Shown: in pieces, positions 50,053 to 59,170 of the stretch
Layout: the number at the start of each line of letters is the position of its first letter
Numbering within the stretch: position 1 is the first letter of the stretch
Origin: a bacterium
GTDB lineage: Bacteria; Bdellovibrionota_C; UBA2361; RFPC01
NCBI GenBank assembly: GCA_030428205.1
Contig: JAUIBK010000016.1
Span: forward strand, 11,454 to 75,453
Length of the DNA stretch: 64,000 nt
Direction: 5' to 3'
The notes under the pieces: model-generated
Seen by the model: only the letters and a program-made list of their open reading frames with translations
Database searches by the model: none
What the model was told of the DNA's origin: nothing
Translations under genes and position numbers: made by a program

Positions 50053-51114
50053 CTATGTATTAGGGGAGATCCAACCTGAAAAGAGTAGGTCCGTCAGTGG
50101 CTGGGGGGCATGGTAAGTATATAGAATTATTAGTTTTGATAAGACTTGCTGTACTTCATGACGGATGTTGAGAGACGAAGTTCGTAGTTCAGTAATCTTC
50201 AACTGTGCGTTGGTCTGTTCGGCCAGTGCACTTTTGTATGAACTAGCTATATCAAGACTTGAAGTACGGATCCTACTGAGAGTTTTTTGAAAATCTTGAG
50301 GGCTACGTGCTCGGACTTTTCCCCCAGTTTGTTCGAGAAGCTTTTTGAGCGAGTTGAGGGTAAGAATATTGTCTCGAAGTGCTGGAATTTGTGGAAGATC
50401 CTTTAAAACCCCCCCTCCATAGACCTTGATAGATGAAGCTGGAGCGAGATCCCGAAAACTAGGATATCCCATAAATTCACGGAAATCCTCGGCAACGAGC
50501 TGAAATCTCTTCACTGAGCTACTTAGTGTTCCTTCTAATTGGCGTAATCTCTGTTCTTTTCCATCAATCTCTTCCTCTATATCAGTGTGTTGATGGGCAA
50601 GAGCGCGAGCATACTCGAGTCGAGCCGAGAGGTTTTCTCCTGAGCTCTTGAGCTCGAGTAGTGCTGGAGAATTTGGCAGCATCTCTTCATCAAAAGTATT
50701 TTGACCCATGATAGTCAAAACCTCTGAGAGTCTCCTCCTCTGAAGCAGAGGAAGGGCTTTGGCGTAGTGTTTAGCCGCTGAAAAGAGAAGCTTTTCTAGC
50801 TGTCTTGGGTGGGAGAAGCCCGGAAATGCAATGGTACTCAGTCGAGAGGTCGAGCGATCGATAAGCTCAAAGTATTCAGAAACTTGTGCTATATTTCCTT
50901 TTTCGAGGCTCTCTCGTAGTTTTTGAGAGGCTAAGACATGGTGCAGGTCTGACGTGAGGAGGTAGATGTACACAGAGACAAGGCCAACACCCAGAACAGA
51001 GAGTGCAGCAAGTACCCACACTTTCGCGGAGACTCGGATCTTAAGGTTGGGGTTGAGTAATAGTATGCCTTCGTCCATGTCACTATATCTACCAGAAGTC
51101 TGTGGAGATGGCAC
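50053..51114 (-). CDS. Single-pass membrane protein with a long coiled-coil
   Basis: Transmembrane helix VWVLAALSVLGVGLVSVYIYLL followed by heptad-like charged repeats. Confidence 0.45.
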   Translation of the reverse strand: MPSPQTSGRYSDMDEGILLLNPNLKIRVSAKVWVLAALSVLGVGLVSVYIYLLTSDLHHVLASQKLRESLEKGNIAQVSEYFELIDRSTSRLSTIAFPGFSHPRQLEKLLFSAAKHYAKALPLLQRRRLSEVLTIMGQNTFDEEMLPNSPALLELKSSGENLSARLEYARALAHQHTDIEEEIDGKEQRLRQLEGTLSSSVKRFQLVAEDFREFMGYPSFRDLAPASSIKVYGGGVLKDLPQIPALRDNILTLNSLKKLLEQTGGKVRARSPQDFQKTLSRIRTSSLDIASSYKSALAEQTNAQLKITELRTSSLNIRHEVQQVLSKLIILYTYHAPQPLTDLLFSGWISPNT

Positions 51115-51212
51115 TTAGTCTTCGTGGCATATTCCCCGAGATCGACAATGCGGAGCTCTTGCAGCATCGAGGGATGGAAGTATCCAAGGCCACCAATGGG
51201 GATATACCCCGT

Positions 51213-51411
51213 AACCTCAGGTTTGTCGTGCTCTCGGAGTATGGTGCAGCGTATCGTGGTGTGAAAGCTTGTCGCTTTCACGCGTATTTCCCCACGGGGT
51301 ATATTTGTCCTCCCCAGGCCCATAAATGGGCCGTGCGGCCTCCCCGAGGAGGCCTCGAAAATGCTTCGCATTTTATACTCAAGCAGCTTTGTCTGCGACA
51401 AACCTGGGTTT
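51213..51411 (+). repeat. Structured repeat element, copy 2, the same family as 13268-13488
   Basis: caggtttgtcg...cgacaaacctg perfect 11-bp terminal inverted repeat. Internal helices are conserved with compensatory changes. Confidence 0.6.
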
Positions 51412-51493
51412 GAGCATATACTTGATCAAATTTTTGATGTTTTGATGCTTGCTTGCTATCCTAGCCTCTTCATTTGCGTAACCGAGAGGTATT

Positions 51494-52831
51494 ATGAGTG
51501 AAAGAGCTGTGCTTGACGGCAATGAGAAACCCTCACCTTTATGCTCGAGTGAGCTTGGGGGCTGTGCGATGAGCCAAGAGCATCGATCTCTCGGAAAGCA
51601 AGTCCGCTCTGATTTCCCGTTCTTTGGTGGGGATAGAGACCAAGAGTCATCAAGAATAGCGTTTCTTGATTCGGCGGCGAGTGCTCTTAAGCCACAAGTT
51701 GTAGTGGATCGCATGTCTCATTACTTGCTCCATGAGCATGCAAATATCCATCGAGGTGCATACAAGCTTAGTGCTGATGCTACGGCAGCATACGATCTCG
51801 CTAAACTCCAAGTTGCTCAATTTCTCTCAGCCCCATCGGCTTCTTCTATTATTTTCACACGAGGGACTACAGAGGGAATCAACCTGCTGGCTCATAGCTT
51901 TGGAGAGAGGCTTGAGAAGGGTGATAGAGTCTTGCTCACTACGCTAGAGCATCACAGCAATATTGTGCCTTGGCAGCTTCTTGAAATGAGAAGGGGAGTA
52001 GGCGTGTCGTACGCTGATATTCGAGATGACGCCGCTCTTGATCTCGCGGATCTCTTTGCAAAGCTTCGCCAAGAGAAACCAAAATTACTTTCGATTACCG
52101 CCGTTTCAAATGCGTTTGGGACTATTATTCCACTAGAGAAGATTATTCCAGTTGCACGAGAGGTCGGTGCGCTTGTTCATGTAGATGCTGCTCAAGGAAT
52201 TGTGCACTTTCCGCTTGATGTTCAAAGTCTCGATATTGATTTTCTCACCTTCTCAGGTCACAAGATCTACGGCCCAACGGGAATTGGTGTCTTGTATGGA
52301 AAGCCGGAGCTTCTGGAAGCGATGCCTCCATACCAAGGCGGAGGTGACATGATCCATGAGGTCACGCTAGACGGTTCAACCTGGGCTGAATCACCTCGTA
52401 AATTCGAAGCAGGTACGCCTGCTATTGCTGAAGCTATTGGACTCGGTGAGGCCTTAGCCTATGTCACCGCACTTGGACGACAAGAGCTTCTTGACTATGA
52501 GTCACAATTGTTTGAAGAAGCTTTTGAACTTCTGTCGCGTGAGCCTGGGGTTACTCTTTATGGCCCTGCCACGAGCATTCAAAACGAGAGAAGCAAAGTA
52601 CAGACGTCAATCTTACCTTTTACCGTAGAAGGTGTGCATCCACATGATATTTCAACTATAGCGGACAGTTTCGGTGTTCAGATTCGTGCTGGCCACCACT
52701 GTGCTATGCCGGCGTTACGGAGACTAGGAATCCAGTCGACGGGAAGAGCGAGTATTGGTGCGTATACTATCTTAGAAGACTTCGAACTTCTGTGTGAAGC
52801 TATTCGGCGGGCGAGGAAGACTTTTCAGTAG
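51494..52831 (+). CDS. sufS: Cysteine desulfurase, SufS/CsdA-type class V aminotransferase
   Basis: RSDFPFF, FLDSAAS..KP, SGHKIYGPTGIGVLYG (PLP lysine) and a C-terminal catalytic Cys region. The true start may be the internal Met at 51569. Confidence 0.8.
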   Translation: MSERAVLDGNEKPSPLCSSELGGCAMSQEHRSLGKQVRSDFPFFGGDRDQESSRIAFLDSAASALKPQVVVDRMSHYLLHEHANIHRGAYKLSADATAAYDLAKLQVAQFLSAPSASSIIFTRGTTEGINLLAHSFGERLEKGDRVLLTTLEHHSNIVPWQLLEMRRGVGVSYADIRDDAALDLADLFAKLRQEKPKLLSITAVSNAFGTIIPLEKIIPVAREVGALVHVDAAQGIVHFPLDVQSLDIDFLTFSGHKIYGPTGIGVLYGKPELLEAMPPYQGGGDMIHEVTLDGSTWAESPRKFEAGTPAIAEAIGLGEALAYVTALGRQELLDYESQLFEEAFELLSREPGVTLYGPATSIQNERSKVQTSILPFTVEGVHPHDISTIADSFGVQIRAGHHCAMPALRRLGIQSTGRASIGAYTILEDFELLCEAIRRARKTFQ

Positions 52832-52863
52832 ATCGTGAGCTCCCTAAAGTTTTTCACTGTCTA

Positions 52864-53082
52864 GGTCTTAGCCTTAGTCTTAGTCTTAGTCTATAATCTT
52901 GGTCTTGGCCTGATTCTTAGCGTTGGCCTCCGCCTATAAAAACTCCCACTTTCACCTCAGCATGCACGCGTACGGGAACGTCTACGTTAACGTTTCATTT
53001 TAAATGCGAGGATCAGGCTGATGCCAAGAATAGGACCAAGACCAAGATGTAGACTAAGGCTAAGACTAAGGCTAAGGCTGAG
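52864..53082. repeat. Long palindrome of 6-bp tandem units, copy B. The arms are separated by an 88-bp spacer.
   Basis: Left arm CTTAGC CTTAGT CTTAGT...TCTTGG TCTTGG. The right arm is its reverse complement (CCAAGA...CTAAGG CTAAGG). The spacer contains acgttaacgt, gcatgc and acgcgt palindromes. Confidence 0.6.
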
Positions 53083-53254
53083 GGGGGTAGGGGGTTATCT
53101 TTTGGGCGGGGGAGGGAACCTAAAGCTCCCAAGATACCCCGGTAAAAAATACCGGGATATCTTAGTTGCATCAGGAACAGGACAGGCAACCGTGCATCGC
53201 ACCTATGCATGGCACCAAACGTTCTGCAATTATTGGGGGTGAAAGGACTGTTGT

Positions 53255-53902
53255 TTATACCACCTGATCAACAACAATACTTCCGGATTGAGCAAGCACC
53301 TCTTGTGAAACTTGTTCCGATACTTCGGTTTCAACCTTGAGAGGTTCAAGGCCGAGATCGGCTCGTTTTTGTGATTCGTATGCTATGAGTTTTTCTTCGA
53401 TCAGAGATTTGGTTTCTTCAATCCCTGCTTGAACTCCTTCGATCTCAAAAGCTCCGATGCCTTCGAGGATATCAAATGCTTCGCCGTATCCTGTTCCTAT
53501 TCCACTACGGATGGTGGACATAAACGAATCTAGCAGCTCTTCGCCTTCAAGCTCGGGGTTCTGTTTTGCATACACATCAAAGAAGGCTGTAGCACCTTGC
53601 ACGATACGCTCAGCCGTTGCTTCGGGAGTATGTTGTTCAGGTTGTAGCGACTCAACTCCGTCTGGAACTTCCGATGCGAGAATTTCGTTTAGCTTTTGAA
53701 TGACTTGATCTGTTGTAATCGTCAGTGAAGTTGGAAGATCAAGCGGGGAAAAGGACACCTTAGCTGCTGGTTCTCGCTCAAACTTAAGAGCTGAGTCGAG
53801 CACGTATTTGTCAGCCTGGAGTTTTCCAGTTTCACTTGATACGTTGGTGAGGGATTTAGGAACGGTTGTTCCACTTTGGATGAGAGATTGGCTACCTTCC
53901 AT
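53255..53902 (-). CDS. Hypothetical acidic protein
   Basis: ORF with a Glu-rich C-terminal half. No recognisable domain. Confidence 0.4.
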   Translation of the reverse strand: MEGSQSLIQSGTTVPKSLTNVSSETGKLQADKYVLDSALKFEREPAAKVSFSPLDLPTSLTITTDQVIQKLNEILASEVPDGVESLQPEQHTPEATAERIVQGATAFFDVYAKQNPELEGEELLDSFMSTIRSGIGTGYGEAFDILEGIGAFEIEGVQAGIEETKSLIEEKLIAYESQKRADLGLEPLKVETEVSEQVSQEVLAQSGSIVVDQVV

Positions 53903-54098
53903 GATGTACTCCTTACAGTGCCTTCCTTGTCACGTAATAGAGGTATCGACAAGGCTTGTGAGATCTTGAGTAAAAAATCGTTTTATTCTTGATTTTTCTA
54001 TGCTTTACAGTATGTTATGTGGGTAGGATTCTATCCATCGACGAGAACAAGTTGATACGTCAAAATGGCCTTAGAGTGACAAAGGAGAGGATCTCACC

Positions 54099-54905
54099 AT
54101 GGAGCTAGCCCGTGATTTACATGCAGACATATTGCCGAAGAAGGACCTAACCCGCATGGCATGTACTCACCTTGACTGTCATACATTTCGTGGTGCAAAC
54201 GCGCTGCTTGATACGTCCTCGTTTGTGTCTTTCAATCCCCATTGCTCACCAGGTAATCTGGTCATCGCTGGTGCTCGCGCCGTGAAACAGAGTATTGGTA
54301 GTCAGGTTGCTTGTAAGCTCTCGCTTGAACATTTTGTAGAAGGCATCCTCGACTATTTCTCCGGTAATTTTAGTGATGAAGATTTTGTTGAGGCTGAGCC
54401 AAGCCTTCGCGCTCTCGAAGCTGCGTTTAAACGTGCAAACAAGAGCGTATACTCTTTTGGCCACAGCCTTGCTGCTGGTGGGAGAATGGCTGCTGCCTTT
54501 ATCGGATTAGTTCTCGAAGAGGAAACAATTGCTTCTGGAAGGGTGGGAAACGGCTCAGCATATCTCTACCGTGCAGGTGAGCTTTTTCCTTTTTTTGATA
54601 GCGCTGATGAGGCTACCCAGGAACATCAGGAGGGTTATCTCGGAACGCAATCGCTTGTATCTGTCGAGCTTGCAAGTGTCGCTATTGAGCCAGGGGATGT
54701 GCTCTACGTTTTCTCGCAAGAGCTAAGTGAGAGCGAAGAGGCCGAACTTATATCCCTCTCTCAAGATATGGATTTTAATAGTCCGGGAAATCCTATCTCT
54801 GAAATTTGTCGTTTCCTCTTTGATTCACCCGATGATGTCGCCTTTGCCACGTTGACACGGGTAGGGCCGGAAACGATCTATCTCGATAATGTTGTTGGCG
54901 GATAA
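54099..54905 (+). CDS. PP2C-like Ser/Thr phosphatase fold protein, possibly degenerate
   Basis: SGRVGNGSAYLYRAGEL resembles the PP2C ANVGDSRAYLLRDGEL motif but lacks the metal-binding Asp residues. Confidence 0.4.
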   Translation: MELARDLHADILPKKDLTRMACTHLDCHTFRGANALLDTSSFVSFNPHCSPGNLVIAGARAVKQSIGSQVACKLSLEHFVEGILDYFSGNFSDEDFVEAEPSLRALEAAFKRANKSVYSFGHSLAAGGRMAAAFIGLVLEEETIASGRVGNGSAYLYRAGELFPFFDSADEATQEHQEGYLGTQSLVSVELASVAIEPGDVLYVFSQELSESEEAELISLSQDMDFNSPGNPISEICRFLFDSPDDVAFATLTRVGPETIYLDNVVGG

Positions 54906-54933
54906 TTTTGGGGCTCCGTTGTTCTTGTTGAGC

Positions 54934-54995
54934 TACCACTTTGATAGAGTTTTTGATCCTGTGAAAACAGGATCAAAAACTCTATCAAAGTGGTA
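54934..54995. repeat. Perfect palindrome with 28-bp arms and a 6-nt loop
   Basis: taccactttgatagagtttttgatcctg-tgaaaa-caggatcaaaaactctatcaaagtggta. No flanking T-tract. Confidence 0.7.
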
Positions 54996-55028
54996 AGACA
55001 AGTGTGCCTCCAATATCAACCGAGCTTC

Positions 55029-55139
55029 TTAGAAGTAGTCTTTATCCCCAACCATAAAGTAAACCACTGCAGCAATCAGGGCTGCGATGAGAACGAGGGT
55101 GACGTTGTCTGAGCTGTATTGATAGAGTTGTTCAATCAT
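55029..55139 (-). CDS. Candidate 36-aa small hydrophobic membrane protein (sORF)
   Basis: MIEQLYQYSSDNVTLVLIAALIAAVVYFMVGDKDYF. GGAGAAG RBS 6 nt upstream. Not in the ORF track because it is under 60 aa. Confidence 0.35.
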   Translation of the reverse strand: MIEQLYQYSSDNVTLVLIAALIAAVVYFMVGDKDYF

Positions 55140-55400
55140 AAGTTCTTCTCCGTTTGTGTATGTATATCTATATTATACACATATATACAGAGTATATGCA
55201 TATTATGTGTATGTTTTTCGTTAAGTAGCTGTTATTACAGGCGATAAGTTGATGGAGATTAGGTGGTGTCCAGGACTCGTAATTCTGTCCGTGAAAGACC
55301 TATGTTCCTTGTCTATTTTTCCGAGTAACTTCAGTAACAGCTGGTACAATGCTGCCAGTAGTAAGCTCATTTCGTTGTTTGTCCCAAGGAGATTCTTCGT

Positions 55401-55886
55401 ATGCCGTCTTTTGATGTTGTCTCAACTGTTGAATATCAAGAAGTTGTTAATGCTGTAGATCAGACGAGACGAGAGATAGGTACAAGATACGATTTTCGAG
55501 GTTCGAAGTCTTCAGTCGAGCTCAAAGACCATGAGATCATTCTCCTCTCTGAGGATGACATGAAGCTCAAAGCTGTAGTGGAGATTCTCAAGCAGAAGCT
55601 CGCTAAGCGGCAGGTAAGCCTTAAGTTGTGTGAGTTTCAAGATCCCAAAGCAGTTGGTGGAGACATGATCCGACAAGTAGTTCGTGTCAAAGACGGGCTC
55701 CAAGAAGAAGAGCTCAAAAAGCTAACGAAGATGATTAAACAAACGAAGATGAAGGTGCAACCGCAGATTCAAGGGGAGCAGGTGCGAGTTTCAGGAAAGA
55801 AACGCGACGTGCTTCAAGAAGTCATCTCTTACCTAAAATCAAACGCAACCGAGTTCGAGTTGCAGTTCGTCAATTTTAGAGACTAA
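55401..55886 (+). CDS. yajQ: YajQ-family (UPF0234) nucleotide-binding protein
   Basis: MPSFDVVSTVEYQEVVNAVDQTRREIGTRYDFRGS matches YajQ. Confidence 0.8.
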   Translation: MPSFDVVSTVEYQEVVNAVDQTRREIGTRYDFRGSKSSVELKDHEIILLSEDDMKLKAVVEILKQKLAKRQVSLKLCEFQDPKAVGGDMIRQVVRVKDGLQEEELKKLTKMIKQTKMKVQPQIQGEQVRVSGKKRDVLQEVISYLKSNATEFELQFVNFRD

Positions 55887-55935
55887 TTTTTTCTATTTTG
55901 TTGTTTTTTCGTTTTTTCAAAGAGGAGTTATACAC

Positions 55936-58641
55936 GTGGGAACAGAGCAGAAGAACGCCTTTGATGCATATGCAAAACTAGCTGGTGGTAAAATTGGAGA
56001 GGTAGAGTATGTCCGTTTGCATGCCCTCGAAGATGCTGGTGTTGCAAACCTCTCAAAACTTCCATTTTCTATCCGTGTGCTGCTTGAGTCTGTTCTTCGA
56101 AATTGTGATGGGTTTGTTTTTACTGAAGATCACGTCAAAGATCTTGCAGCCTGGAAGCCCCAAGGCGAGAGAAAAGAGACTCCGTATAAGCCTGCTCGTG
56201 TTGTGCTCCAGGACTTTACCGGGGTACCCGCCCTTGTTGATCTTGCTGCTATGCGTGATGCCATGAAGCGGCTTGGAGGTGACCCGAAAAAAATCAACCC
56301 TCTTGTACGTTGCGATCTTGTCATCGATCACTCGGTGCAAGTTGACCACTTTGCGCAGATTAATGCGCTCTCACAAAATGAAACAATCGAGTTTCAGCGT
56401 AATAAGGAGCGGTATGAGTTCTTGAAGTGGGGGCAGACCGCGTTTGAAAACTTCCGTGTTGTTCCACCATCAACTGGAATTGTGCACCAGGTAAACCTTG
56501 AGTACCTCTCTCAGTGTGTCTTTCACAATGAAAAGACGAATATGGTTTATCCTGATTCGTGTGTGGGAACTGATTCTCACACTCCAATGGTAAACGGAAT
56601 GGGCGTGGTTGCTTGGGGTGTTGGTGGTATTGAGGCTGAGGCTGTGATGCTCGATCAGCCAATTTACATGCTTGTTCCTGATGTCATAGGCGTAAAGCTT
56701 GTTGGAGAGCTTCCAGAGGGTACCACGGCAACAGACCTCGTGCTCCGCATTACAGAGAAGATGCGTGAAGTAGGCGTGGTTGGTAAGTTCGTTGAGTTTT
56801 TTGGTACAGGCCTTTCGTCACTACGTGTAGCAGACCGGGCTACGATCGGAAATATGGCACCAGAGCAGGGATCGACTGTTAGTTTCTTTCCGGTTGATGA
56901 TGCCACGATTGAGTTTTTACGTTCAACAGGACGTAGCGAAGAAACTGTTGAGCTTGCTGAGCGGTATTACAAAGAGCAGGGGCTCTTTCGTACGGCTAAA
57001 ACTCCTGATCCAGAGTACACGAAGGTGGTCGAACTTGATCTCTCAACTATTGAGCCAGCTGTTGCTGGGCCAAAGCGTCCTCAAGATCGCGTGCCTCTTT
57101 CTAAGCTTGGGCCAACGTACAACGATGTGCTGACAGCACCTGTGGGCCCTAAAGGGCTTGGGATTGATCCGTCTGAGCTAGACAAGAAAGCTACGATCGA
57201 AATTGATGGCGAAAGTGTTGAGATGGCACAAGGAAGTGTTGTCATTGCTGCCATTACTTCTTGTACGAATACAAGTAACCCCTCGGTGATGATTGCCGCT
57301 GGTCTTGTAGCCAAAAAAGCGGTCGAGAAAGGGTTAGCTGTTAAACCGTTTGTAAAAACTTCGCTTGCGCCAGGCTCAAGGGTGGTGACTGAGTACCTGA
57401 CCAAATCTGGCCTATTGCCGTACCTTGAAAAGCTCGGCTTTCATGTTGTGGGATACGGATGTACGACCTGTATTGGAAACTCTGGCCCACTTCCTGAAGC
57501 CGTGCACAACGGTATTGCAGATAATGATCTCGTTGTGTCAGCTGTTCTCTCAGGCAACCGTAACTTTGAGGGGCGAGTGCATGCGCTGACAAGAACAAAT
57601 TACCTTGCTTCTCCTCCACTTGTTGTGGCTTTTGCGTTGGCAGGATCAACGGCAATGGATATCACCACTGATGCTATTGGTGTTGATGGTGAGGGCAATG
57701 ATGTCTTTCTTAAGGATATCTGGCCTACATCGAAAGAGGTAAATGATGCAGTGACCTCTTTTGTCACCCGTGAGATGTTCCAAGAACGTTATGCAGAAGT
57801 TTTTCAAGGCTCTGATGCTTGGAGAGAGATTGAAGCTGGAGCAGGGGAGTTGTACGACTGGCAAGAGAGTTCGACATACATTCAGTGCCCACCGTTCTTT
57901 GATGCTGTGACGAAGGAAGAAGCCTCTATCTCTCCAATCAACGGTGCGCGAGCTCTCGCGGTTTTTCGGGACTCGGTAACAACGGATCATATCTCTCCTG
58001 CTGGTGGAATTGCGAAAGATTCACCTGCGGCCAAGTATCTTACGAGTAATGGTGTCAAGCCTGTTGATTTCAATTCCTACGGATCACGACGTGGAAATGA
58101 CCGTGTGATGGTCCGGGGAACGTTTGCGAATATTCGCATTAAGAACCAGCTTGTTCCAGGCTCTGAAGGAAACATAACTTTGCATCATCCTAGTGGAGAG
58201 CAGATGACGTTCTTTGAGGCAGCAGAGAAATACCAATCTGAGGGTACGCCTCTTATGATTCTTGCTGGAAAAGAGTATGGGTCAGGCTCGTCGAGAGATT
58301 GGGCTGCGAAGGGGCCTTTCCTCCAAGGGGTGAAGGCTGTTATCGCCGAGAGCTATGAACGTATTCACCGCAGTAACTTAATTGGTATGGGGATTCTCCC
58401 ACTTCAATTTAAGGATGGAGAATCTGCAGAATCTCTCAGGCTCAAGGGTGATGAGACGTTCGACTTTGCTATCTCTAATAATATGACCCCAGGAGAGGAG
58501 GTCGTAGTCACAGCAACTTCCCCCGATGGAAGTAAGCAAGAGATTACGGCTTTGAGTAGAATCGATACTCCAGTTGAAGTGCAGTATTACCGCGATGGTG
58601 GTATTCTTTGTACGGTGCTTAAAAAGCTAGCGACTCAGTAG
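55936..58641 (+). CDS. acnA: Aconitate hydratase A
   Basis: VLLESVLRNCDGF and the full Fe-S aconitase domains. GTG start. Confidence 0.9.
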   Translation: MGTEQKNAFDAYAKLAGGKIGEVEYVRLHALEDAGVANLSKLPFSIRVLLESVLRNCDGFVFTEDHVKDLAAWKPQGERKETPYKPARVVLQDFTGVPALVDLAAMRDAMKRLGGDPKKINPLVRCDLVIDHSVQVDHFAQINALSQNETIEFQRNKERYEFLKWGQTAFENFRVVPPSTGIVHQVNLEYLSQCVFHNEKTNMVYPDSCVGTDSHTPMVNGMGVVAWGVGGIEAEAVMLDQPIYMLVPDVIGVKLVGELPEGTTATDLVLRITEKMREVGVVGKFVEFFGTGLSSLRVADRATIGNMAPEQGSTVSFFPVDDATIEFLRSTGRSEETVELAERYYKEQGLFRTAKTPDPEYTKVVELDLSTIEPAVAGPKRPQDRVPLSKLGPTYNDVLTAPVGPKGLGIDPSELDKKATIEIDGESVEMAQGSVVIAAITSCTNTSNPSVMIAAGLVAKKAVEKGLAVKPFVKTSLAPGSRVVTEYLTKSGLLPYLEKLGFHVVGYGCTTCIGNSGPLPEAVHNGIADNDLVVSAVLSGNRNFEGRVHALTRTNYLASPPLVVAFALAGSTAMDITTDAIGVDGEGNDVFLKDIWPTSKEVNDAVTSFVTREMFQERYAEVFQGSDAWREIEAGAGELYDWQESSTYIQCPPFFDAVTKEEASISPINGARALAVFRDSVTTDHISPAGGIAKDSPAAKYLTSNGVKPVDFNSYGSRRGNDRVMVRGTFANIRIKNQLVPGSEGNITLHHPSGEQMTFFEAAEKYQSEGTPLMILAGKEYGSGSSRDWAAKGPFLQGVKAVIAESYERIHRSNLIGMGILPLQFKDGESAESLRLKGDETFDFAISNNMTPGEEVVVTATSPDGSKQEITALSRIDTPVEVQYYRDGGILCTVLKKLATQ

Positions 58642-58654
58642 AAAGGGCAGGTCA

Positions 58655-59092
58655 GTGCTTGCTCGACTCGCTTACCGTGTACTTAGTCTTTATTGGCGGA
58701 TCCGCCGTCCTATTGTGCTGGGGGTGTGCGCCGTTGTTGTCCGAGACGGTGCAGAAGTTTTGCTTGTGAGGCACTCCTATCTTCCTGGTTGGCATTTTCC
58801 AGGTGGCGGTATCAAGAGAGGGGAGTCTGCTTCCCAAGCCGCAGTTCGCGAGCTGTGGGAAGAAACTGGGCTCAGGGCTCTTGGCGAGCCAGTGTTGTGC
58901 GCTGGGCCAACTTACCGCGTGCTCGATGGAAAGCACGATCACGTTACTTTCTTTGCGATCGATTCATGGGAGGAGGACCCGGGGTGGAATAGAAGCTTTG
59001 AAATTGAAGAAGCTAAGTTTTTTCCTCTTAGCAATCTACCACCATCCACCAGTGAACGAGTAAGAGAGGTTCTCTCTCTCATAGCTACTTGA
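58655..59092 (+). CDS. Nudix hydrolase
   Basis: Nudix box GGGIKRGESASQAAVRELWEETGL. GTG start. Confidence 0.7.
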   Translation: MLARLAYRVLSLYWRIRRPIVLGVCAVVVRDGAEVLLVRHSYLPGWHFPGGGIKRGESASQAAVRELWEETGLRALGEPVLCAGPTYRVLDGKHDHVTFFAIDSWEEDPGWNRSFEIEEAKFFPLSNLPPSTSERVREVLSLIAT

Positions 59093-59170
59093 TTCTGCAC
59101 CTAGAACCCTGTAGATGTGAATTCTCTTTAAGCGCTACAGTAGGGAGGAGACGTAAGAACTTTTCTTTGT

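Noticed and set aside
38150-53100. Possibility that the hexamer-repeat loci are a CRISPR array
   Set aside because: The repeat unit is 6 bp, not 24-48 bp. There are no unique spacers. The arrangement is palindromic rather than direct. No cas genes are present in the window.
53013-53242. Track ORFs 53013-53210 (minus) and 53021-53242 (plus), the latter encoding an RLRLRLRLRL repeat
   Set aside because: Both are read through the hexamer tandem-repeat palindrome. Overlapping ORFs on both strands with repeat-derived low-complexity sequence are translation artefacts, not genes.
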